The notes beneath the pieces were generated by a model, which did no database searches, was not told where the DNA came from, and saw only the letters and a list, made by a program, of their open reading frames with translations. A DNA stretch of 63,370 bases, filler included, from Octopus bimaculoides (taxonomy: Eukaryota): the NCBI RefSeq assembly GCF_001194135.2. It is 4 parts of 4 records of this genome, joined end to end, with 100 filler letters (N's around TTAATTAATTAA, not from the genome) between each part and the next. Parts side by side here need not be neighbours in the genome. Positions count along the whole stretch, not along the records: positions 28,991 to 41,278 come from NC_068982.1; positions 41,379 to 61,702 come from NC_068981.1; 2 more parts are not named here. One strand, given 5' to 3'. Below are positions 39,830 to 52,961 of this stretch, piece after piece. The position numbers were made by a program, and so were the translations under genes. Every line of letters starts with the position of its first letter. The first letter of the stretch is position 1.

Positions 39830-40930
39830 AGTCAAGTTTTGTGGTATCAGGGTCCATTCGAGTAGGGAATTCTTGTTGAGTGAGCTGTATCCAGGTATAG
39901 GTGGCTTATCTGGTATTCCTTGAAGAAAATAATCCAGATTCTGCTCAAAGGTGATGGGATTCTTTTCTAGGTTGATCTGTTTCGAGACAATGTTAAACAG
40001 GGCAGGGCCTGTTGAGGAAAAGAAATTGGGTTGCAGTGTATTTATCTGCTGTGATCCTGAATTGGGTAGTAGACGTATGACCCGTGGTCCCAGCCTTGCA
40101 TCAATTTTGAAGCTAATGTTCAGGTCGTTTGGCCAATGCTTGACGTATATTCTCAACATCGGGCAAATGATGTTTCGTTCACAGCGACGCAGGAGAGAAT
40201 AGAGTTTCAATGCATTAAGGCGGTCCAAATATATCGTGATCAGTCATAGCCTTAATTCTTTTAGTGAATGTCCTCTGGGGTGATTCAATTTTCGAAATGT
40301 TTTGTTTTGTATGGGGAGACCACAGGGGGCAGCAGTATTTCAGATGTGGCCATACAAAAGAGGAAAAAAACGAAATGATGACACCTTGCTCTCTGGACCG
40401 GAGAGTTCTTAGCATCTAGGAGCTCTATCAACCTGATTGTTGATGTGCGCACTCCAGCTGAGATTGTTGTCAGCAATTACTTCTAGGTCTCTGATATTGT
40501 TATATGCTGTGAGTGGTTCTCTTGAAAGAAGAGAATCTTTGTTCCAAAATGAATCAGCTCAAATTTTCCCTCGTTTAGTTGAACTTTGATTTTGTCTGCC
40601 CATTCACTCACAACATGTAGATCAGACTGGAGTTCAGTTCAATCTTCTTCTCCAGTGTTAATTTTCTGAAGTATTTTCACTTTGCTTTGTTGTATGATGC
40701 TGGAAATATCCTTTATATAGGCAATAAACAGAAGAGGGCTCAGATCAGTGTCCTGAGGGACACAACAAGTGACTATTGCAGGACATGAGTGGATTCGACC
40801 GATCATTACATGTTGTGTTCTGTTCTCCAGATAATACTCAATCAAGTGTAGTAGTTTTCCACTGACTCCAGCATTTGGCAATTTTGAAAGTTGGATATTG
40901 TGGTCAAATCTGTCGAACATTTTACTGCCT
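39830..40930 (-). mobile_element. CR1/L2/Jockey-group LINE 3' remnant (RT and C-terminus)
   Basis: FDRFDH..GVSGKLL..VPQDTDLSPLLF, PHLKYCCPLWSP..IESPQRTFTK, LYSLLRR..PDKPPIPGY. Confidence 0.88.
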
Positions 40931-41054
40931 AAATCTCTCTGAGAGATTTAGAAATATTATATTTCTAATTTTGCTGATCAGTGAATAAACTTCACTATGA
41001 TTTATATAAGTTTGCGAAGGCGAAACAGGCTTCTTTAACCAGCTGGCAAGCTAC

Positions 41055-41097
41055 TTCAGGCTGATGACGAGCAAAGACTCAGAAACATGTCCCTGAA
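41055..41097 (+). ncRNA. Minimal type I hammerhead motif capping a long hairpin (41007-41144)
   Basis: TTCAGG-CTGATGA-CGAG/caaaga/CTCA-GAAA-CATG-TC-CCTGAA; 6-bp helix I, palindromic helix III ACATGT, GUC site, one mismatch at the base of helix II. Confidence 0.7.
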
Positions 41098-41278
41098 TGC
41101 TGGCTAGACTGGGTGGAGGAGCTTGTCTCCCCCTCGCAAACTTAAGGACACAGTAATTGTGTCAAGGCCGACAGGAAGCGGTCCAGCTTTCTAGGGCTAA
41201 ACGGCAGTTGTGTGTTCCCTTATTGGGATTGTCACCTTAAGTTGACAATATACTACAACTTTATCGCTCCACTACTGC

Positions 41279-41378
41279 NNNNNNNNNNNNNNNNNNNNNN
41301 NNNNNNNNNNNNNNNNNNNNNNTTAATTAATTAANNNNNNNNNNNNNNNNNNNNNNNNNNNNNNNNNNNNNNNNNNNN
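41279..41378. other. Artificial scaffold-join linker
   Basis: 44 N + TTAATTAATTAA + 44 N. Confidence 0.97.
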
Positions 41379-41847
41379 AATAAATAGTTACCAGGGTAGC
41401 AAGAATTCGCATAAATGCCAACCATGTTAAAGCCTACTTATAAAGGTAGAATTTCCAGGGTTTAGTGAAATGTTTTTCCATGACATAGATAAATTAAGAA
41501 ATGGAGTTAAACGCAGGTGTTATTCAAATCTTTATAATTTCGACATATGCTTCGAAGAAAATATTGGCATTATTCCGGAGGGAATAACACCAATGTTTTA
41601 TTCGAAAGATATGTCGGAATCATAAAGATTTGAATGACACCTGTCTTTAACTACATTTCTTAATTTCTCTATCTCTATCTCTCTTTCTCCGTATATACAT
41701 ACACACATACATACACACATATATACATACATACATACATACATACATACTTCTATGATGGAATATCATGTAGATTTCTACGTATAAACATCTGCTTGCT
41801 CTTTTAACAGGGTTAACTGAAGGAATAATGTGCGAAATGAAGGTGTA

Positions 41848-42270
41848 TGAGTGGCTGTGCGGTACGTAGCTTGCTTACGAACCACACGGTTCTGGGTTCA
41901 GTCCCACTGCGTGGCACCTTGGGCAAGTATCTTCTACTATAGCCTCGGGCCGCCCAAAGCCTTGTGAGTGGATTTGGTAGACGGAAACTGAAAGAAGCCC
42001 GTTCTATATATGTATATATACATATATATGTGTGTGTTTATATGTTCGTGTGTCTGTGTTTGTCCCCCCAACATAGCTTGTCAACCGATGCTCGTGTGTT
42101 TACGTCCCCGTAACTTAGCAGTTCGGCAAAAAAGACCGATAGAATAAGTACTAGGCTTACAAGGAATAAGTCCTGGGTCGATTTGCTCGACTAAAGGCGG
42201 TGCTCCAGCATGGCCACAGTCAAATGACTGAAACAAGTAAAAGAGTAAAAGAGTAAAAGAGTAAAAGAGT
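41848..42270 (+). mobile_element. SINE family A, full length, with 8-bp (GTAAAAGA)n tail
   Basis: Best-preserved copy: A/B-box-like head, CTTGGGCAAG, internal TA/TG tract, four tail repeats. Confidence 0.92.
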
Positions 42271-44914
42271 GTCTTCGACAGACACGAGTTCCATCATTGT
42301 AATTCTAAAGCAGAATCGACGTACCAAACGTGAGAAGGTCGGTTTTTTGGATGACCCAGATTCACTGACAAAGCTCGAGTCGAGCTGAAGCTAAAGCAAA
42401 GAAACGCTAGTATCGTGTCACACCGTGGTATCGAACTAGGGAAGCGAACAACTAATTATTCAGTCAACCACGTCTACTTCCCCACTTACACATTAAAAGA
42501 ATTGAAGCCCACGTGCAACACACACACATATGTATGTATATATTTACATATATATATATGTATGTTTGTGTATGTATATACGATGTATGTGTTCGTGTGA
42601 CCTGTAAATATTTACCGCATACCTTTGAGCACATCATCTGAGAAGGATTATCGAGAGAAGTGCTGTGCTAAGTAAAACCAAACACATTCCTTGTTTCTTT
42701 ACATTGCCAGCACATAATTCTCTTATACCACAGAATAAAATCTCAGATGACTTAACCGTACCTTCTTTATATTTTTTTCACTCTATTATTTTCTATTCTT
42801 TCAGCCATTTCTCTTTTCTAAACCACTTTCCTCCGTGTATATCAACATCAATGATCTGTGATATTTTTTCACTATTTCAGCTAAGAATTCTTTATATACC
42901 AGCCAAGACGATTTTCTTCTGCTTTGATGCATTTCTCACAGCTTAGCAGACTTCTTCCCTCCGGCTGTAGTTGATACTTTAACCGATCAATGCTTCTTTT
43001 CGGCTAGAATACGTTATAAATTATCAATAGCTTCTCTTCTTTTATTTCGTTTCTTTCAAGCTACTAGTTTGTGTTTTCTCTCTCCTTAATATCTCAGCAG
43101 TGCACTGGCCCGGCTTTTGATTGATATAATATTATTCTTTCTTTGCAATGAGTTTAGCTTTCAAACTAAATTTCATTTTCCTATAATATTCATTTACAAA
43201 TCTATTTTTTTATCTTTTCTTTCATCATTCTATCAGAACCCACAATGCGTAAATATGCATCCATTTTGTGTTATTTAACTATCAGATAATTTCATTCATT
43301 CAAGCTCAATTATTCATCTACCCATCAAACAAAACTAAATGACTATATCGACAAAAGAAGATAGGTTACCAATTTTACCAAGTAATTTTCATTGCTTTCA
43401 CCGTAAACTTACAGATTATCAGATACCTCAAATCAGTAGTTATTTATTGTTTATTTGTTTCCTTGTTTACCAAATTTAACTTGTCTGGATATGATTCTTT
43501 TCGGAATGTAACCTCGAGAAATGGCCATTTTCGCTTGTAACTAACTATTACTCTTCATGCTGCCATTTCTAAAACTCTGAGTGTCGAATGGAAATCCAAC
43601 ATTTCCTGTATTCTTTCTGTCAGCGATATCATTCAATGTACCAAGCCATTCTTAATTCGAATACGAACCAATTCATAGATATTCTTGCCAAATCTTTATT
43701 CCTTTATTATTTTTATTGTTTCGGTGAGAGGTTGTGACCATGCTGGAGTAATGCCATTATCTGTGATATTTTACAAACTCTATATTATTAATGAGCAGAT
43801 AGAGAACAATTATTCATACTGTTCTTTTTACAACATCTTTTAACTTCAGTTTCCAAAGCTTGTTCGACAACTTACTTATCGCAACGTCCCTAATCACCCA
43901 TTAATCTATGTTTCGACATCTGAAATAAATAGTAAATAAAGTAGAAATTATCGCACAGACTTTTATTCTTTTATTAAAGAGAAAATCTGTTTTACTATAG
44001 ATATTTTCTATTTTAAAGGCTTCAGATTCGTTGTCTTCACATTACTTTCTCAAGATAGTGTATTCTCTACTCTTATATAACAAATGATGGTGGGCATAGA
44101 TGCAGTTGATCAATGTCTACCAACATATATTTTATAAAGCATCCATTTAAGGGCTAAGTACAAATCCCACCTACGTTGGTTTCATTCTTCTGTGATTAAT
44201 ACAACAAGTATCAGTAATACTATGGTGTTATTTAGACGACTCTATGTTCTCCTATACCTTTTGAAACATTGGTCGCATTATTATCAACATTATTATTAAG
44301 ATGGATTGTATGAGCTTACATGGAGTGATATAATAAATACACTTGTTCAGATGATAAAGAGAAATGGGGAAAACATGACCACTTTGACAGGAGCGTACTT
44401 AGAAAGAATTTAGTTGGTAGAAACTTCAGTACAAATGAATATAAATAGCAAGTTTGTGATTCATTTCTCCAAATAGACTTTCGTTGGTTATATTACAACC
44501 TGAATCCTCATCAATAGAGAGAATGTCACGCCCAGCTTTGAAAAGAAAAAAATATTCTCGTTTTGCTGAACCAAGTTGCCGACTCACAAAGACAATGGAA
44601 CTATCTTTTCCGCTACACCACCCACTTCATAAAATTAAAAGGAATTAAAACTTGATGTCTCTCAGAAGAGATCATAGGAACTAACCAAAGAAAGAGAAGA
44701 AAAAGAAAGAAATCTAAGAGAAAATCGAAAAGAAAAAAAAAAGCGCTTCAAAAATAAGAAAATTATTAAAGATAAATAAAATATAAGATTAATGCTACGA
44801 CTACAAGGAAATGCTTAGCTAGTAAGGGATGGGGTGGAGTGATAGTGTTTGTATACGATCCAGAGACACGGAACGAGAGCGAGAGCAAAAGAGAGAGGGG
44901 GCAAGAGAAAACTA

Positions 44915-45094
44915 GAGAGAGAGATTGAGAGTGAGAGAGAGATTGAGAGTGAGAGAGAGATTGAGAGTGAGAGAGAGATTGAGAGTGAGAGAGAGATTGA
45001 GAGTGAGAGAGAGATTGAGAGTGAGAGAGAGATTGAGAGTGAGAGAGAGATTGAGAGTGAGAGAGAGATTGAGAGTGAGAGAGAGATTGAGAGT
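44915..45094. repeat. 18-bp minisatellite (GAGAGAGAGATTGAGAGT) x10
   Basis: Ten identical units, giving EREIES / SHSQSL pseudo-ORFs. Confidence 0.95.
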
Positions 45095-45917
45095 GAGAGA
45101 GTTTGTATTTGTGTTTCAAAGAAAGATTACATAATAGAAAATGTAAGAGAGAGTGATTGAGAGAACATGTTTTGCTGTGGATATTTTTCTATTTTAAAAG
45201 GCTACAGGCTCACTGTCTCCTCCGCAATATTACATTCTCAAGACAGTGTTTTGTCTGTTCTTCTATAACACAAGATGGCGGTCACAGATGCAGCTGCTAA
45301 ATGTCTGCCAAATATATATATTTTTGTTTGTTTGGTTGAAATGAAATAAATTGCAGCTGTCAATCAATTTTCCTACAACTACCACCACTGGCATCCGACT
45401 ACCCACGTACTGCTGCACTTGATGTTATGCGGCTGATATACATTTTCAATCTCTCGCTAAACCTTACGGCTAACTAATCACGCCATCTACTTCCGTTGGG
45501 TGATATTCAAAGAAGTGTAGCTACCATGATGTTCAATACGAAATTGGCTCTGATATTAAACAAGGTGACACGACTTTAGTCCACACAATTCAATTATAAT
45601 AGAAGCTATAAAACGTAGTGTTTCATCCTCACTTACTGCCGACCCCACTTACAGTATCTGAGCTATGTTCATGACAGATCAAAACCTAAAGGAATTAGCT
45701 GCCATTCACCGTTTCGCTTTTTATTGTAATCTGTTTGTCTTCTTTTTTTTTGGTTTTTTTGTTTTGCTTTCCTTTATTTTTTGTTGGTTTTTCTTTGGTG
45801 GGGGTTTTTACCTTTGTTCTTATTTGCTATTGTAAGTTTCTTTTTGAGCAAACAGTCACGTGGTAGACCTGGCATTAGTGCCAGAATTAACAAAACCAAT
45901 CGCAGCAGCAGCAACAG

Positions 45918-45918
45918 T

Positions 45919-45964
<46 letters not shown>

Positions 45965-46255
45965 NNNNNNNNNNNNNNNNNNNNNNNNNNNNNNNNNNNN
46001 NNNNNNNNNNNNNNNNNNNNNNNNNNNNNNNNNNNNNNNNNNNNNNNNNNNNNNNNNNNNNNNNNNNNNNNNNNNNNNNNNNNNNNNNNNNNNNNNNNNN
46101 NNNNNNNNNNNNNNNNNNNNNNNNNNNNNNNNNNNNNNNNNNNNNNNNNNNNNNNNNNNNNNNNNNNNNNNNNNNNNNNNNNNNNGTATTGGTGCTGGTG
46201 GTGGTAGTGGTAATGGTAGTAGTAGTAATAGTAGTAGTGGTGGTGGTGGTGGTAC

Positions 46256-46297
<42 letters not shown>

Positions 46298-46315
46298 CAA
46301 CAGCAGCAGCAACAA

Positions 46316-46370
<55 letters not shown>
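45918..46370. repeat. (TAG)n microsatellite tract spanning a gap
   Basis: Direct reading. Confidence 0.9.
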
Positions 46371-46371
<1 letters not shown>

Positions 46372-48384
46372 AAACAACTTCGACTTCTGCAGTAGCTAAA
46401 AATAAGAACCGCCATACAATAATAGCAAAGACAAACAAAAGTGCCTACAACAACAGCACCAACAACCACGACGACAACAACAACAACAACATTAAAGAGT
46501 AACAGCCACATAAAAGCAAAAAAAAACGAAAAACAAAATTAGAAAAAAATCAAAATACACAAAAAAAAACGAGGTGTAAGAATCAAGACTGAGCAACGAA
46601 CGTCAAAGCAACACTATTAACATTACAAACACTGTGGCAACAGCAACAACGACCACAACAAGAATTACGGACTGTATAATAGAAGGAACAATGAGAGCAA
46701 CAATAGAGCAGATGAGAAAAACATCAACAGAGACAAAAACAACAACAGCAGCAACCAGTATAATAATAGCAAACAGTTAATGTGTTCCACTAGTTGTTTG
46801 AAAGATTGATAACGGAGGCACTTCTTTTATATGCTATTAGAGCAGTTTGGAAAACAGTAGAAAATTGTAATATCTAAGCTAGTTTATTCCATGATATCAA
46901 TATCCATGGGATTAATTTATTGAGAGTGTGAAGCATGCTTTTATAGCAAACACTTAGAATGACGGTCTGGTAGTTCTTTTAATTTTCGATTAATGTTATC
47001 TCCTGGCTTTTCCGTATCAGAGATTTAGACATATTTTTGCGTTGTATACCGCCTGTCTATCTATTTATTTATCTCTCTATCAATCAATCTATCTATCTAT
47101 CTGTATATCCAACTATATATCGTCATACTTATAAAGACACCCACGTGTGNNNNNNNNNNNNNNNNNNNNNNNNNNNNNNNNNNNNNNNNNNNNNNNNNNN
47201 NNNNNNNNNNNNNNNNNNNNNNNNNNNNNNNNNNNNNNNNNNNNNNNNNNNNNNNNNNNNNNNNNNNNNNNNNNNNNNNNNNNNNNNNNNNNNNNNNNNN
47301 NNNNNNNNNNNNNNNNNNNNNNNNNNNNNNNNNNNNNNNNNNNNNNNNNNNNNNNNNNNNNNNNNNNNNNNNNNNNNNNNNNNNNNNNNNNNNNNNNNNN
47401 NNNNNNNNNNNNNNNNNNNNNNNNNNNNNNNNNNNNNNNNNNNNNNNNNNNNNNNNNNNNNNNNNNNNNNNNNNNNNNNNNNNNNNNNNNNNNNNNNNNN
47501 NNNNNNNNNNNNNNNNNNNNNNNNNNNNNNNNNNNNNNNNNNNNNNNNNNNNNNNNNNNNNNNNNNNNNNNNNNNNNNNNNNNNNNNNNNNATATATATA
47601 TATATATATATATAAGTTTATATCTCGACAGGTTTCCCCTATATAACTGTTTAAGACCGTCTGTTTACTTTCAATCTAATACTAATTCTACCTCAATATT
47701 TATTCGACAAAATGTTTATTTTATTCATTCGTCGCAGCAAATGAAAGCACTTTCCCAAACTTACATATGTATGTATGTGTGTATGTATGTATGTATGTAT
47801 GTATGTATGTATGTATGAATGCAGGTGTGAATGTATGTATGTATGTATGCATGAATGCAGATGTGAATGTATGTATGTATGTNNNNNNNNNNATGTATGT
47901 ATGCATGAATGCAGATGTGAATGTATGTATGTATGTATGTATGTATATATGTATGTATTTATGTATGTATGTATGTATGTCCATATGTAGGTAATATGGG
48001 TGTAGTCTTATATGCATATAAATATGCATGAATATATGAATAAATGTATGCGGTGTATGAGGGGTCAGCGAGTGGTAGCACCTTTGACGGAGTAAATCGT
48101 TAGGAACACACTTAGGAACATTCAGTCGGCTTTGATCTCCAGTTGGCATCCAACTCTCGCTGTAGCCGCAAATACCTGTTTGAACGCAAGGATAAGCACA
48201 CACCTGTAAACTGTTTTGGATGACCGGCTAATCCAGGTGAGGGAGCTCTAGAGTTTGTAACTTTTGAGTTATGACTTGTCTGCTTATACATATAAAGAGT
48301 GGATCTGACAGACACAGCGGAAGAAACCTTCATAAATCTACGGAGATGAGAGTGGCGATAGAAACTCATTGAGGAGTCAAAGGG

Positions 48385-48715
48385 TTACTCTTTTGCTCTT
48401 TTACTCGTTTACTTGTTTCAGTCATTTGACTGTGGCCATGCTGGAGCACTACCTTTAGTCGAAGAAATCGACCCCAAGACTTATTCTTTGTAATTCTAGT
48501 ACTTCTTCTATCGGTCTCTTCTGCCGAACCGCTGGGTTACGGGGGAGCAAAGACACCAACATCGGTTGTCAAGCGATGCNNNNNNNNNNTCTAGTACTTC
48601 TTCTATCGGTCTCTTCTGCCGAACCGCTGGGTTACGGGGGCGCAAAGACACCAACATCGGTTGTCAAGCGATGCTGGGTTACAAACACAGACAAACAAAT
48701 ACATACACACACACA

Positions 48716-48740
<25 letters not shown>
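48385..48740 (-). mobile_element. SINE family A 3' half, with an apparent duplication across a 10-N gap
   Basis: Tail TTACTTGTTTCAGTCATTTGACTG; 48502-48579 is repeated after the Ns. Confidence 0.8.
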
Positions 48741-48751
<11 letters not shown>

Positions 48752-48779
48752 AACACACACATACACACACACACCATTC

Positions 48780-51700
48780 TCGTGTGTTCGCTGCAACGAT
48801 TTTTTTTTCAGTTGGTTCATGTGTCTCTTTTTCTATACGCCTTTTTCTACTTTTTGTAGCACTTTTCCTATGCGTTTGGTAATCACGACAGCTTCCCAAC
48901 TCTGTTTTCCGCTCTTATATACCTTCACAAATACTTTTTCACCAATTTTGAAATATCTTGCTGTATTTTCCCTTCCAGTTTCTCCAGCTAGCATTTTGTC
49001 GAAGACTGATTTTACTTTCCTTGCAAACACCAGCAGGTGACATACCTGCTGGTTCATTTTGGATTTGATGTCATCCGGCATACTCTTAAGAATTGTTGTA
49101 GAACTACCGCATCCGTGACTTCCTTATCGATTGTTAGGGCTCCCTGCCTGTCCGTTAGATCTGGGATGGTATAGCGCCGTAGTTACGTGTTCTACAGCGA
49201 ACGTTTCACAAAACTTTTTAAATTCAAAAGACATAAATTGCGTTCCATTGTCAGACACTATTGCGGCTGAGATGTCAAGTCTCGCAAACAGCTCATATAA
49301 AAAAAAATGTCACAGTTGAGGAGGTTGGTTTTTACACTTACAAATATCTGGTCGTTTTGAGAAACTATTTACTACCACCAAATAGTAAGAACCGTTTAAA
49401 TTACCAGCAAAATTGATATATAGCTTCGACCACGGAACATCTGCTTTTGGCCAAGTTTGACTTTTTATCGTGTGTAATTTTGCCGAGTGAATACATCCTC
49501 TACAGCTTTTCACTAAATTTTCGATTTCTCTATCCATTTTTGGCCACTTCACGCAGCTTCGCATTAAAGCTTTCATACTTGAAATACCAGGATATCCAAC
49601 ATGAAATTCCCCCAACATTTTCTTTTGTAGTGTTTCAGCTATCACTACTCTCCGTGCATACATCAGTACGCCATCACAAATTGATTGTAGGTTCATGTCT
49701 TGGTTTCGTTTGGCACTAATCCTTTTCCTATTTACTTTCTCTGACAGCAATTCTCTTTTCATTTCTGTCATGAATTTGTCCTTTACTGCATCCGTGTTGT
49801 GTCCTCCAGAGTTACCAGCAATTCGCGTACCACGTTCCACATTCCATTTTTTATTTCTCCTTCTGCTTTTAAAGCTGCAATTACTGTATCTTCGAATGGC
49901 TAGCAGTGTTTCGGTATCAGTCTGGACAAACCATCCACATGCCCTAGTTTTTTTTTACGGTAAATATTCCATTTTGTAAGCATAATTCAGTAATGTAGTG
50001 CCCAAAGTTGTAATCTGTTCGCAGTGTGTATTGGTATTCCTTTTTTAGAACGTGTATTGACAGTAGTGGGCTATGATCCGTTTGTAGGCATAAACGTCTT
50101 CCATGAATAAATCTATGGAATCTTTTCACACCGAATATGATTTCTAATGCTTCCTTTTCTATCTGACTAAAGTTCCGTTCAGCTGGTAATAACGATCGTG
50201 ACGCATGGGCTATAGCCTTTTTACTCCCGTCGTCATATTTGTGCAGAAGCAGGGCTCCTTCACCGTAATCACTCACATCTATAGCCAATATAATATCTAA
50301 CTTTGGATCAAAATGCGTTAACGATAAGTCCGATGTTAAAATGCTTTTTAACTCATCAAATGCCTTCTGGCACTTATCAGTCCAGCACCATTTTTTGAGT
50401 GGGGCCCTTACATTAAGTATATTGGGAATGTAAATTTGATAATAATTTACTAAACCCAAGAATGCTTATAGCATAGTCACATTATTTTGTGTGGGCATAT
50501 TTCTTATTGTAGTTGTTCTGGATGGATCCGGTTTTCGTCCGTTTTTATCTATTATCTGGACCAAGTATTTAATTTTCTTCAGAAAAACTCGCATTTTCTA
50601 ACGTTAATTTGAACCCGTATTCAACTTATCTTCTCGAGTACGCTTTTAACGTGTTCAACATGTTGTTCATGTGGTTCACTTTTTATTAGTATACTGTCTA
50701 AATAGGCGATAGCAAAATTTCAGCATTGTTTTCCAGCATTGTATACATTATTTGATGAAATATGGAAGGAGTCGCATTTACACCGAAGGGAAGCCGCTTA
50801 AGTTTAAATAAGCCACAGTATGTATTAATTCTTAATGAATATGAGCATTCTTCTACTTAGATTCGTGGATATGCCTCCGAGAAGCCTGACATTGAGAAGA
50901 ATCCCACCCGCAATTCGATTTTGCAAACACTTCCTTCGAACTCAGTAATGGGTAGTTACATGAGATTAAGCAATCATTGAAACCTGTTGAAAAATGTCCA
51001 CAAACTCTTGTTATTTTTCTTTTTTTGCGTAGACCGCAGGTGCTGCCCTGTCTGAATGGTCCGTCTTTTCGATTATTCCTAGGTTTTCAAGTTTTTCAAT
51101 ATGCTTGTTTATTTGCCACGAACGGTACATTCCGTTTTGGCTTAAATACAGGTGTTGCACTTTGTTTTGTTGCAATTTTTACCTTTATTTTCGTGCAACA
51201 ATCCAGTTCCTTCGAGAAAACATTTAGAAATAAATGTTTCATTTTTTGTTTCAGTCCCTCATCCTTAGTCGAACCTTCGACTGAACCGATTATATTCCCA
51301 CACAAAAACACTTATGGGCGTATTCCTCAATTTGAATAGTTATATCCACTTTGTGCCGAATAGATTAACTGAGTTTTCTAGCACATATTTTTGTCGTTTT
51401 CATTTAGTCACGAAATGTTACATTACACTCAAATTCACCAACAAAATACAATCTTTTACCCATAACATCATGTGCTGCTTTTGTAAATGTAATTAATTTC
51501 GGCTTGCTGACACACTTCCAACTTTCTTCATTTATAATGTTAATATTGTCTCCACTGTCTAACTGCATTTGTACTGTGGTTTTCAATTTTGACATTTATG
51601 AGTTTCCTCTTCGTTACATTACCATTCTCTTTCGATGACATCTTATTTATTCTTTTCTTGTGTTCCAATATTTTGTCATCTTCGTTTTACAGTGTGTTTT

Positions 51701-52400
51701 TATGTACCCAATTTTTCCACATCGGAAGCATTCCACTTTCTTAAATGGACAGTTTTGCCTCACATGTATACCTCCACATGCAAAACATGGGTTCTTTTCT
51801 TGATTCTTGTCCTGTTTGTACTGTATTTTAGTACACAATTGATTTCTGTTCTGCTTATTTCGCACTTGTTTCACTTGGGAGCAATCTTTATCTTAAATTT
51901 TCTCTATGTCGTGTCTTAAATATACTGTTCTTTCACACTCTTCTGACACTTGTTGTAGGGCTACAGCTTGATTTTGTTCCAGCTTAATGAGAATTCTTGT
52001 TAGTACTTCTGCGTCAGCCTCTGCAGTTAGTCTCTGAGTAAATATCAGGCACTTGAACATATCTGGCGTTAATTCCTCCAGATTGAACTTTTCACATTCC
52101 CTGTTAGCTCTACCAGCATATGTGGTGTAATCCTCCTCCTTGTTTTGTTCTAGGTTCAAATATTTCCAATATGTATCGAATAACGAGTATTTCTCACTAA
52201 ATGTTTTACACAATATGCCTATTGTATCTTTAAAGTTTATGTCAGAATATTTCCTCGGGAGTACGTAATTGCTGTAACGCTCGTCTTCTGCTGCCGCCAT
52301 TTTCTTAAAAGTTTAAATGCGTTTTCATATTGTCGTCAAAATCGTTGCATTTTTATTGAGGATTTGTTCGTACCTTCTACAGTAAGCCTCGAGGGCAACT
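48780..52400 (-). mobile_element. Degenerate Ty3/Gypsy LTR retrotransposon internal region (gag-PR-RT-RNaseH-IN)
   Basis: gag with CCHC knuckles (CFACGG.H..CP, CFRCGKIGY), QMQLDSG protease, RNaseH (LAIDVSDYGEGA..IAHASRSL..YSQIEKE-like), integrase (FHVGYPG..MKAL..CRGC, INFAG..LVVV); Gypsy domain order; LTRs not identified. Confidence 0.92.
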
Positions 52401-52929
52401 CCTTCGTTGGCTTCGTGCATAAACTCTGTTATCTAGTTCGCAACATAATATGGCGAGAACATTTTTTCAGCATTTCTGACGACTTTATGAATATCTAATT
52501 GCAAACCTATTCATCAATGAATTTCAACTTCTCCCTTTCTCTCTTCCTCCCCTCCCCCTCTCTCCTCATCTCTGTCTCTTTTTGAATACAGACACACACA
52601 CACACACACACATATACAAATATATGAAGGTTGCCTAAAGAGACGAGCATGACCAACGTTGACTGTTAAGCAATGGCTATGCAAAGGTTTTAAGTCGAGT
52701 GTGGCTGCGCAACATAACTATGCACAACTATACACAACACAACTATGACTGCCACAAGCAGCACGAAAACTCCTGAGACATGGAAAATGCAAGATAGCCA
52801 GGTCAGTAGAGCAGGGGCTTTCGTATATGAGTCAGCCTTCCCCTTGGGCTGTGATTTTCAACCATAATTTGCCTGTGGAATTCATTGATTCTTATTTTAC
52901 TTTACTAGACCTCCAAAGCTATTCGATAC

Positions 52930-52961
<32 letters not shown>

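Noticed and set aside
44849-45160. EREIES repeat protein
   Set aside because: Pure GA-rich minisatellite; open in several frames, with no synonymous variation between units
48502-48672. Tandem duplication of ~80 bp within a SINE
   Set aside because: The copies flank a 10-N gap (48580-48589), typical of uncollapsed contig overlap; the same pattern is at 47883-47892
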